44,768 nucleotides of DNA from sequence record SRR31156797_4857. One strand, given 5' to 3'. The translations under genes and the position numbers were made by a program. Under the pieces are notes generated by a model, which searched no databases, was not told the origin of the DNA, and worked only from the letters and a program-made list of their open reading frames with translations. Of the stretch, positions 19,479 to 29,416 are shown in pieces (the first letter of the stretch is position 1; each line of letters begins with the position of its first letter).

Positions 19479-19961
19479 CTAAATTGACATTTTGTCGGCG
19501 AGTTTACTGGAGGTACGGCGCATATTCAGACTTAGCAGTCGCATAATTTTTTTTAACAGAGTAACTCCGAGCACCGGATGTTTTTGGGTGAGAATATCAA
19601 AACCTTTTTTTGTCAAGATAATGACAATCGTTGGTTGTCTAGCTATGACACTTGCAGAACGAGGTGATTTGTCAATGATAGACATTTCGCCTATGGTATT
19701 TCCTTTACCGAGCCTGGCTATCACACGAAGATCACCATTTGATGTTTTTTTCAGTACATCAAGCAGGCCCCTGACAACAAAGCACATGTAGTCGCCCTTT
19801 TCTCCTTCGGAGAAGAGGTAGTTCCCACGGAGTAACTCCATGTAGTTCATGTGCCTAGATATCGTGTCAAGCTCATCCATTTTAAAGGCATCAAACAGGG
19901 GAAGGCTGAGAATGAGATCTCGGGTTTTTTCCTCATTATCCGTAAGGTTCCGCTCGGCCAT
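19479..19961 (-). CDS. Stand-alone cyclic-nucleotide-binding (cNMP) domain protein
   Basis: [25 protein letters not shown] phosphate-binding cassette; no HTH. Confidence 0.9.
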   Translation of the reverse strand: MAERNLTDNEEKTRDLILSLPLFDAFKMDELDTISRHMNYMELLRGNYLFSEGEKGDYMCFVVRGLLDVLKKTSNGDLRVIARLGKGNTIGEMSIIDKSPRSASVIARQPTIVIILTKKGFDILTQKHPVLGVTLLKKIMRLLSLNMRRTSSKLADKMSI

Positions 19962-20094
19962 GTATTTAGGAGTCCTGCTGCATAGTTGATATCAAATTGG
20001 AGTCGAGCCTTTTTGCTAATGTAAGAAGGAAGTTTTATATAACTGTTAGAATACCATAGGAATGAGTGGAATGACAAGCTGCAACAATAAAAAG

Positions 20095-20110
20095 TGTCAT
20101 TTTATTGACA
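20095..20110. promoter_or_regulatory. Palindromic FleQ-type box
   Basis: TGTCA-TTTTAT-TGACA inverted repeat upstream of the cNMP/activator operon. Confidence 0.5.
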
Positions 20111-20265
20111 AATGAAAGGCGTGTGGGGAAGCAGCGGTGTGATGAGATACTCTGTGGAGGCAGAAGATAGGTCGGAAAATGGTGCTATGATATTTGGATC
20201 ATGACCTTCTTTAGGTGTATAAGGTAATGAGGTCAATGCTTTTAAAAGATGGGAACTCTCCAAAC

Positions 20266-20808
20266 ATGAAAGCTCAAAAGATTATTTATATGCTGGCAAT
20301 TGTTCTGTCTGTGATGATGGTTTTGCCAAGATATGCCTGGTGCTGGCACGGTTACGTTGTCAAGGTTATTGACGGTGATTCCCTTCGAGTAAAAAAAGGG
20401 GGGGAAATATACGAAATACGCCTCTACGGAATCGATGCTCCCGAATACGGTCAGCGCTACGGAGGCAAGGCGAGAAGATTTATCAAAGCCAGGGCCTATA
20501 AAAAAACAGTCTCCATTGAGCAAAAGGATGTTGATCAGTATGGACGAATAGTTGCTCTTGTTAAGAGTCAGGGGCGTTTGGTTAACCAGGAACTTGTCAA
20601 AGATGGGTTGGCCTGGGTTTATCCAAAATATTGTCGAGAGACAAAAATATGTAACTCATTGAAAAAATATGAGGAAAAAGCCAGGAAGGCAAGGCGCGGC
20701 CTATGGAAGGATAAAAATCCTCTACCTCCCTGGCAATGGCGGTTGGCTAGGGAAAACGGTTCACCCTTGAGGTTCCGTCGGGAGTACCGTCTCCCGAATT
20801 GGCGGTAA
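20266..20808 (+). CDS. Thermonuclease (SNase) family protein
   Basis: VIDGDS, IRLYGIDAPE, DQYGRIVA, LVKDGLAW, ARRGLW; signal-like N-terminus; start could be as far up as 20215. Confidence 0.92.
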   Translation: MKAQKIIYMLAIVLSVMMVLPRYAWCWHGYVVKVIDGDSLRVKKGGEIYEIRLYGIDAPEYGQRYGGKARRFIKARAYKKTVSIEQKDVDQYGRIVALVKSQGRLVNQELVKDGLAWVYPKYCRETKICNSLKKYEEKARKARRGLWKDKNPLPPWQWRLARENGSPLRFRREYRLPNWR

Positions 20809-22191
20809 TGTAAGAGGACCGGCTGCCTCTTTTTGTACCTGCGGCACCTTGATTTTTGTTGGTGCTTCCCGGTCAAGCCATGGGTCCATTGTGTACCCTA
20901 GAGCAGGCCATTGCATTCGGCCCTTTTTTCCATGGCAATCCATACAGTCTAGGGCTTGTTCAGTTTTTACTACGCCATGGCTTAATTTTCGATAGGTCAC
21001 TGTAGTGGTAAAGGTCGCATTGCCGCTGAAAGGAAGCCGAAGTTTTTGCATACCCTCTTGTGCTGCATCATGAGCGTTGTGGTTATGCAAGGCCAGTGTA
21101 CCGTCGTTTGCTAGAGTAGGGGCAACGAGATAACGGTATTTTCCGTCAATCATTTGTGTGGCCAGAGAAACTGTAAACGGAGCAATTTTTGATTGCGCAG
21201 TACGTGCTGAAGGCTTTTGCAGGATTGTGGTCTTGTTTTTCGCTGTTTTTTCACCCCTGGTATATACCTTGTCTTCACCGTTGTCCCAAAAATGGACAGG
21301 TTGAATATTTTGTGCCTGGATAATACCGAATTCTTTTACTAGAGCAAGAGGTCCGGTTTCGAGATTTTGATATACTGGTGGAGTGTGGGGGGCGAGCCAG
21401 TTCCAGCTGACAATTGACGGTGCTTCTGTTGCGTATTGTGGAATGTGGCAGGTGTTGCAAGTAATAAGCTCGGCGTGGTCGTTGAGTTGCTGCTGTTGGT
21501 GCGGTGAGGAGGTGTGACAGACTGCGCAGGCTTTAGTTTGGCGAAGTCCTGGCGCAGAAGCGATCTCTCTGGTAAAGGCATGTCGGTCGCCTGAGGGGTG
21601 GCAGTTCTGGCAAGTTAGTCCCGGGCCGTCTCCTTGCAGGTGAATGTCTTTTTCAATCCCATTGTGGAGTTTTTGCCCGGCCATTTTTTTACCTGTCCCG
21701 TGGCAGGTCATGCAGTTTGTCGATGAAGGGCTACCTACATTCCTGGCAATATAGATCAGGTTCAGGTCAGCTTTTGGTGCCCCTGCAACCCGCTCGTAGG
21801 TTCCTGTACTATCATGACATACCAAACAGTCGATATTGCTTGCTGCAGTAGGGTCAAAACGTTCGTCCAGCAGGTTGGTACTTATGTGACAGGTCAGACA
21901 TTGTGAAGGATTGGCACCAGCAGCAATGGAAAAAGTGGTCAACCCGTTTTTTTTGCTGAAGAGCGTTTCGCTGCCATTCATCTTACGTTGCCGCTTCCAT
22001 GTCCAGTGGCTCGAGCGAAGGAGGTCTTCACCCTGCTGCGTGTGGCAGGTTAAGCATTGAGCCGTTACATCACTTACCTTTGAAAACGGACCGTTGAGTT
22101 GTGCATGTTCCTGGGGCATGGCTCCTGCAGCAGGTATGTTCAGTATATATAGGGCGGCGGCTAATAAAGAAGTAGGCAGTGCTTTATTCAT
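20761..22191 (-). CDS. Octaheme c-type cytochrome, tetrathionate reductase (OTR) family, divergent
   Basis: 8 CxxCH (CLTCH x2, CLVCH, CMTCH, CQNCH, CAVCH, CNTCH, CMDCH), HWTW, HIPQYA, SKIAPF; signal peptide from ATG 22191. Confidence 0.85.
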   Translation of the reverse strand: MNKALPTSLLAAALYILNIPAAGAMPQEHAQLNGPFSKVSDVTAQCLTCHTQQGEDLLRSSHWTWKRQRKMNGSETLFSKKNGLTTFSIAAGANPSQCLTCHISTNLLDERFDPTAASNIDCLVCHDSTGTYERVAGAPKADLNLIYIARNVGSPSSTNCMTCHGTGKKMAGQKLHNGIEKDIHLQGDGPGLTCQNCHPSGDRHAFTREIASAPGLRQTKACAVCHTSSPHQQQQLNDHAELITCNTCHIPQYATEAPSIVSWNWLAPHTPPVYQNLETGPLALVKEFGIIQAQNIQPVHFWDNGEDKVYTRGEKTAKNKTTILQKPSARTAQSKIAPFTVSLATQMIDGKYRYLVAPTLANDGTLALHNHNAHDAAQEGMQKLRLPFSGNATFTTTVTYRKLSHGVVKTEQALDCMDCHGKKGRMQWPALGYTMDPWLDREAPTKIKVPQVQKEAAGPLTLPPIRETVLPTEPQG

Positions 22192-23977
22192 CGTTGTTTC
22201 CTGAGTTTTGTGCAACCAGTGTTTGTATTTCCTGATGAGAAATTGTTTCGCGTTCCAGAAGGGCCTCTGTAATATCCTCAAGAATGGGCCTGTTCTCAAG
22301 GAGGATTCTTTTGCTGGTTGCATAAGCATTTTGGACAAGGGTGTTCACTTCATCGTCGATCAGGTTAGCGGTCTTTTCGCTCATGATCTGTCCGGGCTGA
22401 CCATTGAGGGGGTCTGTAGGTTTAAAAGTTAAAGGTCCTACAGCCGCACTCATTCCCCAGTCACAAACCATTTTTCGTGAAATATCAGAGACCCTTTCAA
22501 TATCATTTCCAGCACCTGTGGTGATTTCGTCAAAAACGATCTCTTCTGCTACGCGGCCCCCGAGGAGAATACATAAGGTATTAAAGAGGTAGGTACGGTC
22601 CTGAGAGTTACGCTCCTCATCCGGGAGCTGCATAGTTACGCCCAGTGCACGTCCACGGGGTATGATGGTCACCTTGTGCACAGGGTCTGTGCCAGGAAGC
22701 ATCCAGGCGACCAGAGCGTGTCCTGCTTCGTGATAAGCTGTCACTTTTTTTTCACGATCTGTGATTATTAAACTGCGCCGCTCGGCACCCATCAGTACCT
22801 TGTCCTTGGCAGACTCAAGGATGTCCATGGTGATCTGGGAGCCTTTCTGGCGAGCCATGAGAAGAGCCGCTTCATTAATCATGTTTGCCAGCTGTGCCCC
22901 AGAAAAACCCGGGGTTGCCTTGGCCACGACCTTCCAGTTAACATCTTCTGCAACATTGGTACGTTGAGCGTGTACCTTGAGGATTTTTTCGCGACCTCCA
23001 ACATCGGGAAGCGGAACCATTACCTGGCGATCAAATCGGCCAGGCCGTAATAGTGCCGGATCAAGAATGTCCTGGCGGTTGGTTGCAGCGATGACGATGA
23101 CGTGATCATTGGCTTCAAATCCGTCCATTTCAACCAGAAGCTGATTCAAGGTTTGTTCTCTCTCGTCATTGCCTCCGCCTCCACCGGAACTGCGATGACG
23201 GCCAACGGCATCTATCTCATCTATAAAGAGGATGCAGGGCGCCTTCTTTTTTCCTTCTGTGAAAAGATCCCGTACCCTTGAAGCACCTATGCCGACATAC
23301 ATTTCGACAAAATTAGATCCGCTGATAGAAAAGAAGGGGACGCCGGCCTCGCCTGCAATGGCTTTTGCTAAAATCGTCTTGCCTGTACCGGGTTCACCGT
23401 AAAGGAGTACACCGGTTGGGATACGTGCTCCAGCATCAGTAAAGATTGCAGGATTTTTTAGAAAATCGACAATTTCCTTCACTTCTTCTTTTGCTTCTTC
23501 AATGCCTGCAACATCATCCAAGGTAACTTGTGACTGCTCGGGATCAACTAATTTTGCCCTGCTTTTGCCAAACGCCATGGCTTTTCCACCAGATTGTCCG
23601 CCCCCTTTGCGCATGTAAAAAAACCAGATAAGGATGATGAGCAGAAACGGCACCCAGTTGAGAAAGGTTTGGAAAAACCAGTGCGGTTTGGTTTCCTTCT
23701 TGACATGGATTGTCACCTTGCCGGCAATAAGTTTGCTAACAGCATCGTTTGCAGGGGGGGCAATGCTTTTGTATTTATCACCATCAGGAGTCTCCCAGGT
23801 AATTACATCGTCCATAACGCTGACTTCAGGGAGCAACCCCTTTTCAGCTTTTTGAAGAAATACATTGTATGGAACAGTGTGGTAAATGTCAGGTTGCTTG
23901 CTGAGAAAGTTGAACAAGAAAAGTACAGCTAGGGCAATGATAAGCCATATAGACAGGTTTTTGTAAAAATGACGCAC
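22184..23977 (-). CDS. ftsH: ATP-dependent zinc metalloprotease FtsH
   Basis: Two [50 protein letters not shown] start 23977 behind GGAG. Confidence 0.96.
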   Translation of the reverse strand: MRHFYKNLSIWLIIALAVLFLFNFLSKQPDIYHTVPYNVFLQKAEKGLLPEVSVMDDVITWETPDGDKYKSIAPPANDAVSKLIAGKVTIHVKKETKPHWFFQTFLNWVPFLLIILIWFFYMRKGGGQSGGKAMAFGKSRAKLVDPEQSQVTLDDVAGIEEAKEEVKEIVDFLKNPAIFTDAGARIPTGVLLYGEPGTGKTILAKAIAGEAGVPFFSISGSNFVEMYVGIGASRVRDLFTEGKKKAPCILFIDEIDAVGRHRSSGGGGGNDEREQTLNQLLVEMDGFEANDHVIVIAATNRQDILDPALLRPGRFDRQVMVPLPDVGGREKILKVHAQRTNVAEDVNWKVVAKATPGFSGAQLANMINEAALLMARQKGSQITMDILESAKDKVLMGAERRSLIITDREKKVTAYHEAGHALVAWMLPGTDPVHKVTIIPRGRALGVTMQLPDEERNSQDRTYLFNTLCILLGGRVAEEIVFDEITTGAGNDIERVSDISRKMVCDWGMSAAVGPLTFKPTDPLNGQPGQIMSEKTANLIDDEVNTLVQNAYATSKRILLENRPILEDITEALLERETISHQEIQTLVAQNSGNNDE

Positions 23978-24428
23978 TGAAATCTCCGAATACCAGAAAT
24001 GATGAGCATGAATGGAGGCCGAAAGTTGCCAGACATATGAAAGCTGGTGGGTACAAAATAGAGCGGGTGGAGGCTCTGGGTACCGGAGTAATAGTAGTTT
24101 ACTATGGTAGTAGGTAGCCTCCTGCAGCTTGCAGTACCTGGATACGGGAAGACCCGTTGCAAAATGAGCTAACACAAAACTGAAAAAAGGTAAAGGAGGA
24201 GGGGTGGCTTGAAAAAAAAAATCCCTCCTGAGCCGCCACTCAGGAGGGAAAGCGCTTTCTCGTAACTGGTTATTTTCGAGTAGCAGAATAAGCACTGCAC
24301 AATGTGTTCCGAAATTATTCTTATTGGGAATAATTCCTTATTTTTTTCTAACTGATTGATATTGTGATATAGTTGGTGTTTTGCGGCTTGGTGAAAGGGG
24401 GGCCTTGTAGACGGCCTTTGTATTGCTT

Positions 24429-24445
24429 GGACGCATAATGCGCTT
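24429..24445. promoter_or_regulatory. Candidate enhancer (UAS) palindrome
   Basis: GGACGCATAATGCGCTT, variant of GGGCGCA-N3-TGCGCCC. Confidence 0.45.
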
Positions 24446-24603
24446 GCCGTTTGTGCTTTACGGCTTGTTTTGATCTGTTGTTTAAGTTTTGGTTTGTGCG
24501 ATTTATTTGTTGCTGTTATTGCTTAAGATGCTGTAAGTATGTTTGATTTAATGGTTGATTAAGGTGAAGTCGTAATTTCCTGTTTTTGGAAGAAATTAAT
24601 TGT

Positions 24604-24620
24604 GGGCGCAATGTGCTCCT
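24604..24620. promoter_or_regulatory. Candidate enhancer (UAS) palindrome
   Basis: GGGCGCAATGTGCTCCT. Confidence 0.5.
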
Positions 24621-24659
24621 GCTATTTACAGTAAAATTATAAATGTTGGTTGTTTTGGC

Positions 24660-24691
24660 TTGACACCTTTTAACGGGGGCGATATTAATAT
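24660..24691 (+). promoter_or_regulatory. Putative sigma70 promoter upstream of NrfD cassette 1
   Basis: TTGACA followed by TATTAA (17-bp spacer) or TAATAT (20-bp spacer). Confidence 0.45.
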
Positions 24692-24857
24692 TGTTAAGGT
24701 TAAGGTAAAAAATAATTTCAGAAGAACAGGTCGCCTTGAAAATATTGTATCAGGGTGGCTGTAAAATCAGGGAGGTGGAAAAGAGGTAGCTTGGAGTTGG
24801 GTTTTTATCCGCCAATAAGGTTCAGCTCTATTACATGGTTTTGTTAGGGAGGAGTTA

Positions 24858-24974
24858 ATGGAAGCAATTATTTTTCTCGTAGTCTGGTTAGGTGGTTCAG
24901 CTCTCCATACTCTGTTTGATGTCAAGGTTAAGCCTGTCCTGCAATCTCTCAGAGAAGAAAGCGATATGCCATAG
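24858..24974 (+). CDS. Small membrane protein, 38 aa (MEAIIFLVVWLGGSALHTLFDVKVKPVLQSLREESDMP), absent from the ORF track
   Basis: Strong GGGAGGAG RBS just upstream of ATG; hydrophobic N-terminal helix; directly upstream of nrfD-like gene. Confidence 0.65.
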   Translation: MEAIIFLVVWLGGSALHTLFDVKVKPVLQSLREESDMP

Positions 24975-25065
24975 CCGCTGGCAAGCTTGTTGCGGTGGGG
25001 ATATCGTATCGCTACCAGCTTTGAATGAATGTGATCGTACAAACAAGTCTGGAGGGTCTATAAAC

Positions 25066-26259
25066 ATGGAAAAAATTCTAGCAGCAGTGCTGCCTCAAGA
25101 GGGTGGTCTTGCTGGAAACGAATCAAGTGTTTACAACGGTGCAATTGCAATATTTGGTCTTTTAACCCTGGTAGGAGTTGCTTTTGGTGTGCATGCCATG
25201 TTTATAGGGCATGAACATGCTTATGGCGTCACCAGGGAGGTGCCGTGGGGGTTGCTTCTGGCAGCCTATGTGTTTTTTGTTGTTACTTCTACAGGGCTTT
25301 GCCTTGTTTCGTCCATTGGGCATGTCTTTGGCTTTACCGCATTTCAGCCCATAGCAAAAAGATCTGTTTTTCTCGCTATAGCTACTATTATTTCAGGTTT
25401 TTTGGTCATCGCTTTTGAAATTGAAAACCCTTGGCGGATGGCTGTGTATAATATTATTTCACCGAACTTAACTTCAAGTATCTGGTGGATGGGTACCCTG
25501 TATGGCGCATATCTTTTCTTTATGCTGGGTGAATTTGCCCTGCTGCAGGCGAATAAACATAAAATAGCAGGTGCTCTTGGCCTGTTAGGCGTTATTGCCG
25601 GTGTGGCTGCCCATTCAAACCTCGGGGCTGTTTTTGGCCTTCTGAATGGTAGGGAATTCTGGCATGGTCCATATATGCCAATTTACTTCATCACCTCAGC
25701 TATGATGTCTGGTTGTGCAACTGTCATTTTCTTTCATTGGCTTGGATACAAGATAAACGGTTGGAAAATGAGCAGCGAGCTTGAGAATTCTTTGTTTGCG
25801 GTTGCTAAGCTCGGTGCTTTGCTCTATGTCGTTATTATGTTTTTCACCACCTGGAAATTTATAACCGGCATTTCCGGGCATCCGCCAGGAAAGTATGAAG
25901 CTATAATGTCGCTCATTAACGGACCGTATGCCAAGAATTTCTGGATTGGTGAGGTTGCCATGGGGCTGGCGATTCCTTTTATTATCATTCTTGCTGTAAA
26001 GGCTCGCAATGTAACGGCTCTGGCTCTTGGCTCGGCATCCAGTATCATTGGTATCTTTTTCATGCGGTATGATTTGGTTATTGTAGGTCAGGTGGTTCCC
26101 GGGTTTCATAACATGAATATTGTTGATATGCCGCACCTGTTACCGTACACGCCAACACTGCATGAATGGGTTATTACCCTGTCTGGCTTCACCTTCTGTG
26201 CTGTGCTGTTCATGCTTGGAGAGCGGATGTTTCGAGGTCATCTCTCGGAAGATCACTGA
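25066..26259 (+). CDS. NrfD/PsrC-family integral membrane quinol-interacting subunit (copy 1)
   Basis: VTREVPWGLLLAAYVFFVVTSTG, FEIENPWR, SSIWWMGTLY, RYDLVIVGQ, YTPTLHEW; ~10 TM; ATG 25066 after GGAGG. Confidence 0.92.
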   Translation: MEKILAAVLPQEGGLAGNESSVYNGAIAIFGLLTLVGVAFGVHAMFIGHEHAYGVTREVPWGLLLAAYVFFVVTSTGLCLVSSIGHVFGFTAFQPIAKRSVFLAIATIISGFLVIAFEIENPWRMAVYNIISPNLTSSIWWMGTLYGAYLFFMLGEFALLQANKHKIAGALGLLGVIAGVAAHSNLGAVFGLLNGREFWHGPYMPIYFITSAMMSGCATVIFFHWLGYKINGWKMSSELENSLFAVAKLGALLYVVIMFFTTWKFITGISGHPPGKYEAIMSLINGPYAKNFWIGEVAMGLAIPFIIILAVKARNVTALALGSASSIIGIFFMRYDLVIVGQVVPGFHNMNIVDMPHLLPYTPTLHEWVITLSGFTFCAVLFMLGERMFRGHLSEDH

Positions 26260-26331
26260 TCTGCTGCTTCTAGGAAGGTGCTGAGACAAGTACCTTCCTG
26301 CTAACAGTCAGGAAGAGGAGGTAAGGGAATA

Positions 26332-26775
26332 ATGGCAAGAAAAAAGACAGAAATACAGGCAGTGCGACCTGATGTGGCTATCTATCCGATTGGTGTTGCA
26401 GCCAAATTGCTGAATGTTCACCCTCGAACCTTGCGTATTTATGAAAAGGAAGGGTTGATAAGGCCAGCTCACGTAGGCAGCCGGCGTATGTTTTCAGCTG
26501 ATGACATTCAATGGATTAACTGTATTCGTAGATTTATCCACGAAGAGGGAATCAGTATTCCGGGGCTCAAAAAGTTGCTAGAATTCGTGCCTTGCTGGGA
26601 AATTGCAGATTGCCCTTCAGATGTCCATGAGTGCTGTGGTGCCAGGGTTGACCGTTCTGTGCCAAGGAGCCTGCATAATGTGGGTGATGTGGCAGCGCGT
26701 AAAGTCGCCAAAGAAAAGGATGATGAAAAAAGAAAGGTTGCAGCCCAAAAAAAAAAGCACCAATCTACCGGCTAG
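26332..26775 (+). CDS. MerR-family (HspR-like) regulator with Cys-rich C-terminus (copy 1)
   Basis: YPIGVAAKLLNVHPRTLRIYEKEGLI HTH; PCWEIADCPSDVHECC. Confidence 0.92.
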   Translation: MARKKTEIQAVRPDVAIYPIGVAAKLLNVHPRTLRIYEKEGLIRPAHVGSRRMFSADDIQWINCIRRFIHEEGISIPGLKKLLEFVPCWEIADCPSDVHECCGARVDRSVPRSLHNVGDVAARKVAKEKDDEKRKVAAQKKKHQSTG

Positions 26776-26912
26776 TCCCTATACAGGCACAGCGGAGGTT
26801 GTCCTGGAGAATGTCAAATGGATAGTGCCTTGCCAGTTGTCTTGGGCAAGGTTGCGAGCGGTCGGTGGTGATACTTAAAGAAAGGGCTGAGTCCTCACAG
26901 GTCTGTGGAACG

Positions 26913-26953
26913 AAAAAGGCTATACTGCGTTGATTGCGGTATAGCCTTTTTTT
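26913..26953. terminator. Bidirectional intrinsic terminator
   Basis: AAAAAGGCTATACTGC-loop-GCGGTATAGCCTTTTTTT between convergent genes. Confidence 0.85.
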
Positions 26954-26998
26954 ATTGAGAAGTGGGCTTGGTTATTATTGATAGGGACTGGTTTGTAA

Positions 26999-29416
26999 CT
27001 ACAATGCATTAAGTTGCTTTTCGTGATTTTTGAGTTTTTCGTCTACCGGGCTGGAAAGGTCGTATTTCTTAATTTTTCTGCGCAGGGTGTCTTTGGATAT
27101 TTTCAGCTCGTCACAGGTGCGCATTTTGCGCCATTTGTTGCGATCTAGAGCAATGCTGATTGCCTGCTTTTCGATTTCTTCCAATGACTGTGCGCTACTG
27201 TTACTTGCGCCTGGTCCTGCGCTCTGCGATTCAGGAGCAGTGGAAAACGGTTCCGGCAGGTGATGTGACTGGATATATCCACCGTCGCAGAGAATAAACG
27301 AGTACTCAACAATGTTTTCGAGCTCTCGGATGTTGCCGGGATAGTCGTAACGCATGAGGATGGACAGGGCTCCGCTGGCCATGCCAACAATATCTTTGCC
27401 CTGTTCTGTACTGTATTTCTTGATAAAATGGTCAATCAGTAGAGGGATGTCTTCCTTTCGGTCCCGCAGGGGAGGCAGGTTAATCTTTACAACGTTAAGT
27501 CGGTAAAAGAGATCGTCACGAAAGAGTCCTTCCTTGACCAGGGTCTGTAAATCACGATTAGTTGCGGTAATGATTCGGACGTCTGCTTTGACCGGGGTGT
27601 TGGACCCGAGAGGTTCATATACCTTTTCCTGAAGTACTCTGAGTAACTTTACCTGTACACTTGTTGGGATATCTCCTATTTCGTCCAGGAAGAGAGTGCC
27701 GCCATCTGCGGCAGCAAACCTGCCAGCCTTATCTTTGCGTGCGTCGGTAAAGGCTCCCGCTTTATACCCGAACAGTTCAGATTCGAGCAAAGTCTCTGGC
27801 AATGCTCCACAGTTAACAACTATAAAAGGTTTTTCCTTCCGGGAGCTTGCGTTGAAAAGAGCCCTGGCTATAAGTTCTTTTCCTGTCCCGCTTTCCCCTA
27901 AGATTAACACAGTGCTGGGGCTGCGGGCAATGTCGGGCATGATGTTGAACAATCGCTGCATACTTTTTGACTTGGAAATGATTTCGTCAAAAGTGTATTT
28001 TTGTTTGAGTTGATTTCTCAGGGCGGTGATGGTTGTCAGATCGCGAAATGTTTCCACCCCACCGATGATGTTTCCTTCATGGTCGGTGAGGGGAGCAGCG
28101 CTGATGCTTATAGGTATTTTTTCTCCTTTCTTGTTGAGAATAGTGATGGAGCGGTTGGAGGCAGCCTTGCCTGTGTACAGGCTCTCTGCAATGGCACAGT
28201 TTTTACCGCAGATAGAGGAGTGGAATATGTCTGAGCAGGATTTCCCCATTGCATCTTCTCTCTCCCATCCGGTGATCTTTTCAGCCGCCTGATTAAATGA
28301 GGTTACTTTCCAGTTTCGGTCAACTGTAAACACTCCGTCTGCCACCGAATCCAGGATAAGATTTTCGCGTATGGAAGAGGTGTTGTCGCGAAATGTTTCA
28401 ATCCCGCCTATGGTGTTGCCGAAATCGTCTAGAAGGGGGGAAGAGCTGATGGTAACCGGGATCGAGTTGCCTGCTTTGCCTTTTATAAAAATTGAACGGT
28501 CTATAAATGAACTGTTAAGATCAATCGCCTTTTGCAGCAGGCAGTTTGACCCGCAAACACTCGAATGAAAGATAGTATTGCAGGGCTTACCAATAACCTC
28601 TTCCCGAGTCCATCCTGTAATCTGTTCTGCTGCGGTATTAAAGGAGGTGATGAGTCGGTTTTTGTCAATGGTAAAGACCCCGTCTGCAACCGAAGACAGG
28701 ATAAGGTCGCTGTAGAGTTCGTCTGTGCAGTCGTGAAAGGTTTGCACTCCACCAATGACCAACCCGTTCGGGTCAAACAGGGGGGAGGACTTGAGGGAGA
28801 GGGGAAAGGACTGACCGTCTTTATTGGCCATGGAAACCGTGTGAACTGCAATGGGTTTTTCCTCGGTAATGGAACGCTGGATAAGGCAGCTGTTGCCGCA
28901 TATTTCAGGAGGGAACACCTGGTTGCATTTTTTGCCAATAACTTCCTGTCGAGTCCAACCTGTCAGTTTTTCTGCACTGTTGTTGAATGTTGTAATCACA
29001 AGCTCTTTATTGACGGTCAATACCCCTTCTTCGACCGAGTTGAGGAGTAGCTGGTGATGAACGGATTGGTTAGTGGTGTCAAGGGTGATCAGGATATCTC
29101 CAGGCTTATTTGTTGAGCCGTGCAGTGGTATGATCGAGGCGAGCACCGGTTGAGGTTGGGTGTCAATCTTGATACTGGGAAGTAGTACAGATTGCTTCGA
29201 AATAGGGTGCTCGTCTTTTGCCTGTTCAATCAATCTATCCAGTGAAGAAGCATTGCCGTCCATGGGAAATAATTCGCCTAGGGTTTTCCCTTGCATTTCA
29301 AAAACTTTTTTACAGGTAAGCTGTTCGGCGTCTGAGTTGGCACTGGTCACCCGGCGCTGTTTATCAAGAATAAAAACAGCTAAAGGAGAGTGTAGGGTTT
29401 CAAATGGTTGCGACAT
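26999..29416 (-). CDS. sigma54-dependent activator with four PAS domains (three carrying CX8CX3C), OrpR-like
   Basis: Repeated ILxSVADGVFTxD..FNxAAExITGW; [31 protein letters not shown]-terminal HTH. Confidence 0.92.
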   Translation of the reverse strand: MSQPFETLHSPLAVFILDKQRRVTSANSDAEQLTCKKVFEMQGKTLGELFPMDGNASSLDRLIEQAKDEHPISKQSVLLPSIKIDTQPQPVLASIIPLHGSTNKPGDILITLDTTNQSVHHQLLLNSVEEGVLTVNKELVITTFNNSAEKLTGWTRQEVIGKKCNQVFPPEICGNSCLIQRSITEEKPIAVHTVSMANKDGQSFPLSLKSSPLFDPNGLVIGGVQTFHDCTDELYSDLILSSVADGVFTIDKNRLITSFNTAAEQITGWTREEVIGKPCNTIFHSSVCGSNCLLQKAIDLNSSFIDRSIFIKGKAGNSIPVTISSSPLLDDFGNTIGGIETFRDNTSSIRENLILDSVADGVFTVDRNWKVTSFNQAAEKITGWEREDAMGKSCSDIFHSSICGKNCAIAESLYTGKAASNRSITILNKKGEKIPISISAAPLTDHEGNIIGGVETFRDLTTITALRNQLKQKYTFDEIISKSKSMQRLFNIMPDIARSPSTVLILGESGTGKELIARALFNASSRKEKPFIVVNCGALPETLLESELFGYKAGAFTDARKDKAGRFAAADGGTLFLDEIGDIPTSVQVKLLRVLQEKVYEPLGSNTPVKADVRIITATNRDLQTLVKEGLFRDDLFYRLNVVKINLPPLRDRKEDIPLLIDHFIKKYSTEQGKDIVGMASGALSILMRYDYPGNIRELENIVEYSFILCDGGYIQSHHLPEPFSTAPESQSAGPGASNSSAQSLEEIEKQAISIALDRNKWRKMRTCDELKISKDTLRRKIKKYDLSSPVDEKLKNHEKQLNAL

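Noticed and set aside
22192-22338. 49-aa N-terminal extension of the octaheme cytochrome
   Set aside because: Lies inside ftsH; the signal peptide starts at ATG 22191
23978-24295. 106-aa N-terminal extension of FtsH in the ORF track
   Set aside because: No FtsH-like sequence; the typical N-terminus begins at GTG 23977 with an RBS
24892-25065. N-terminal extension of NrfD copy 1
   Set aside because: Overlaps the better-supported 38-aa ORF; the RBS favours ATG 25066
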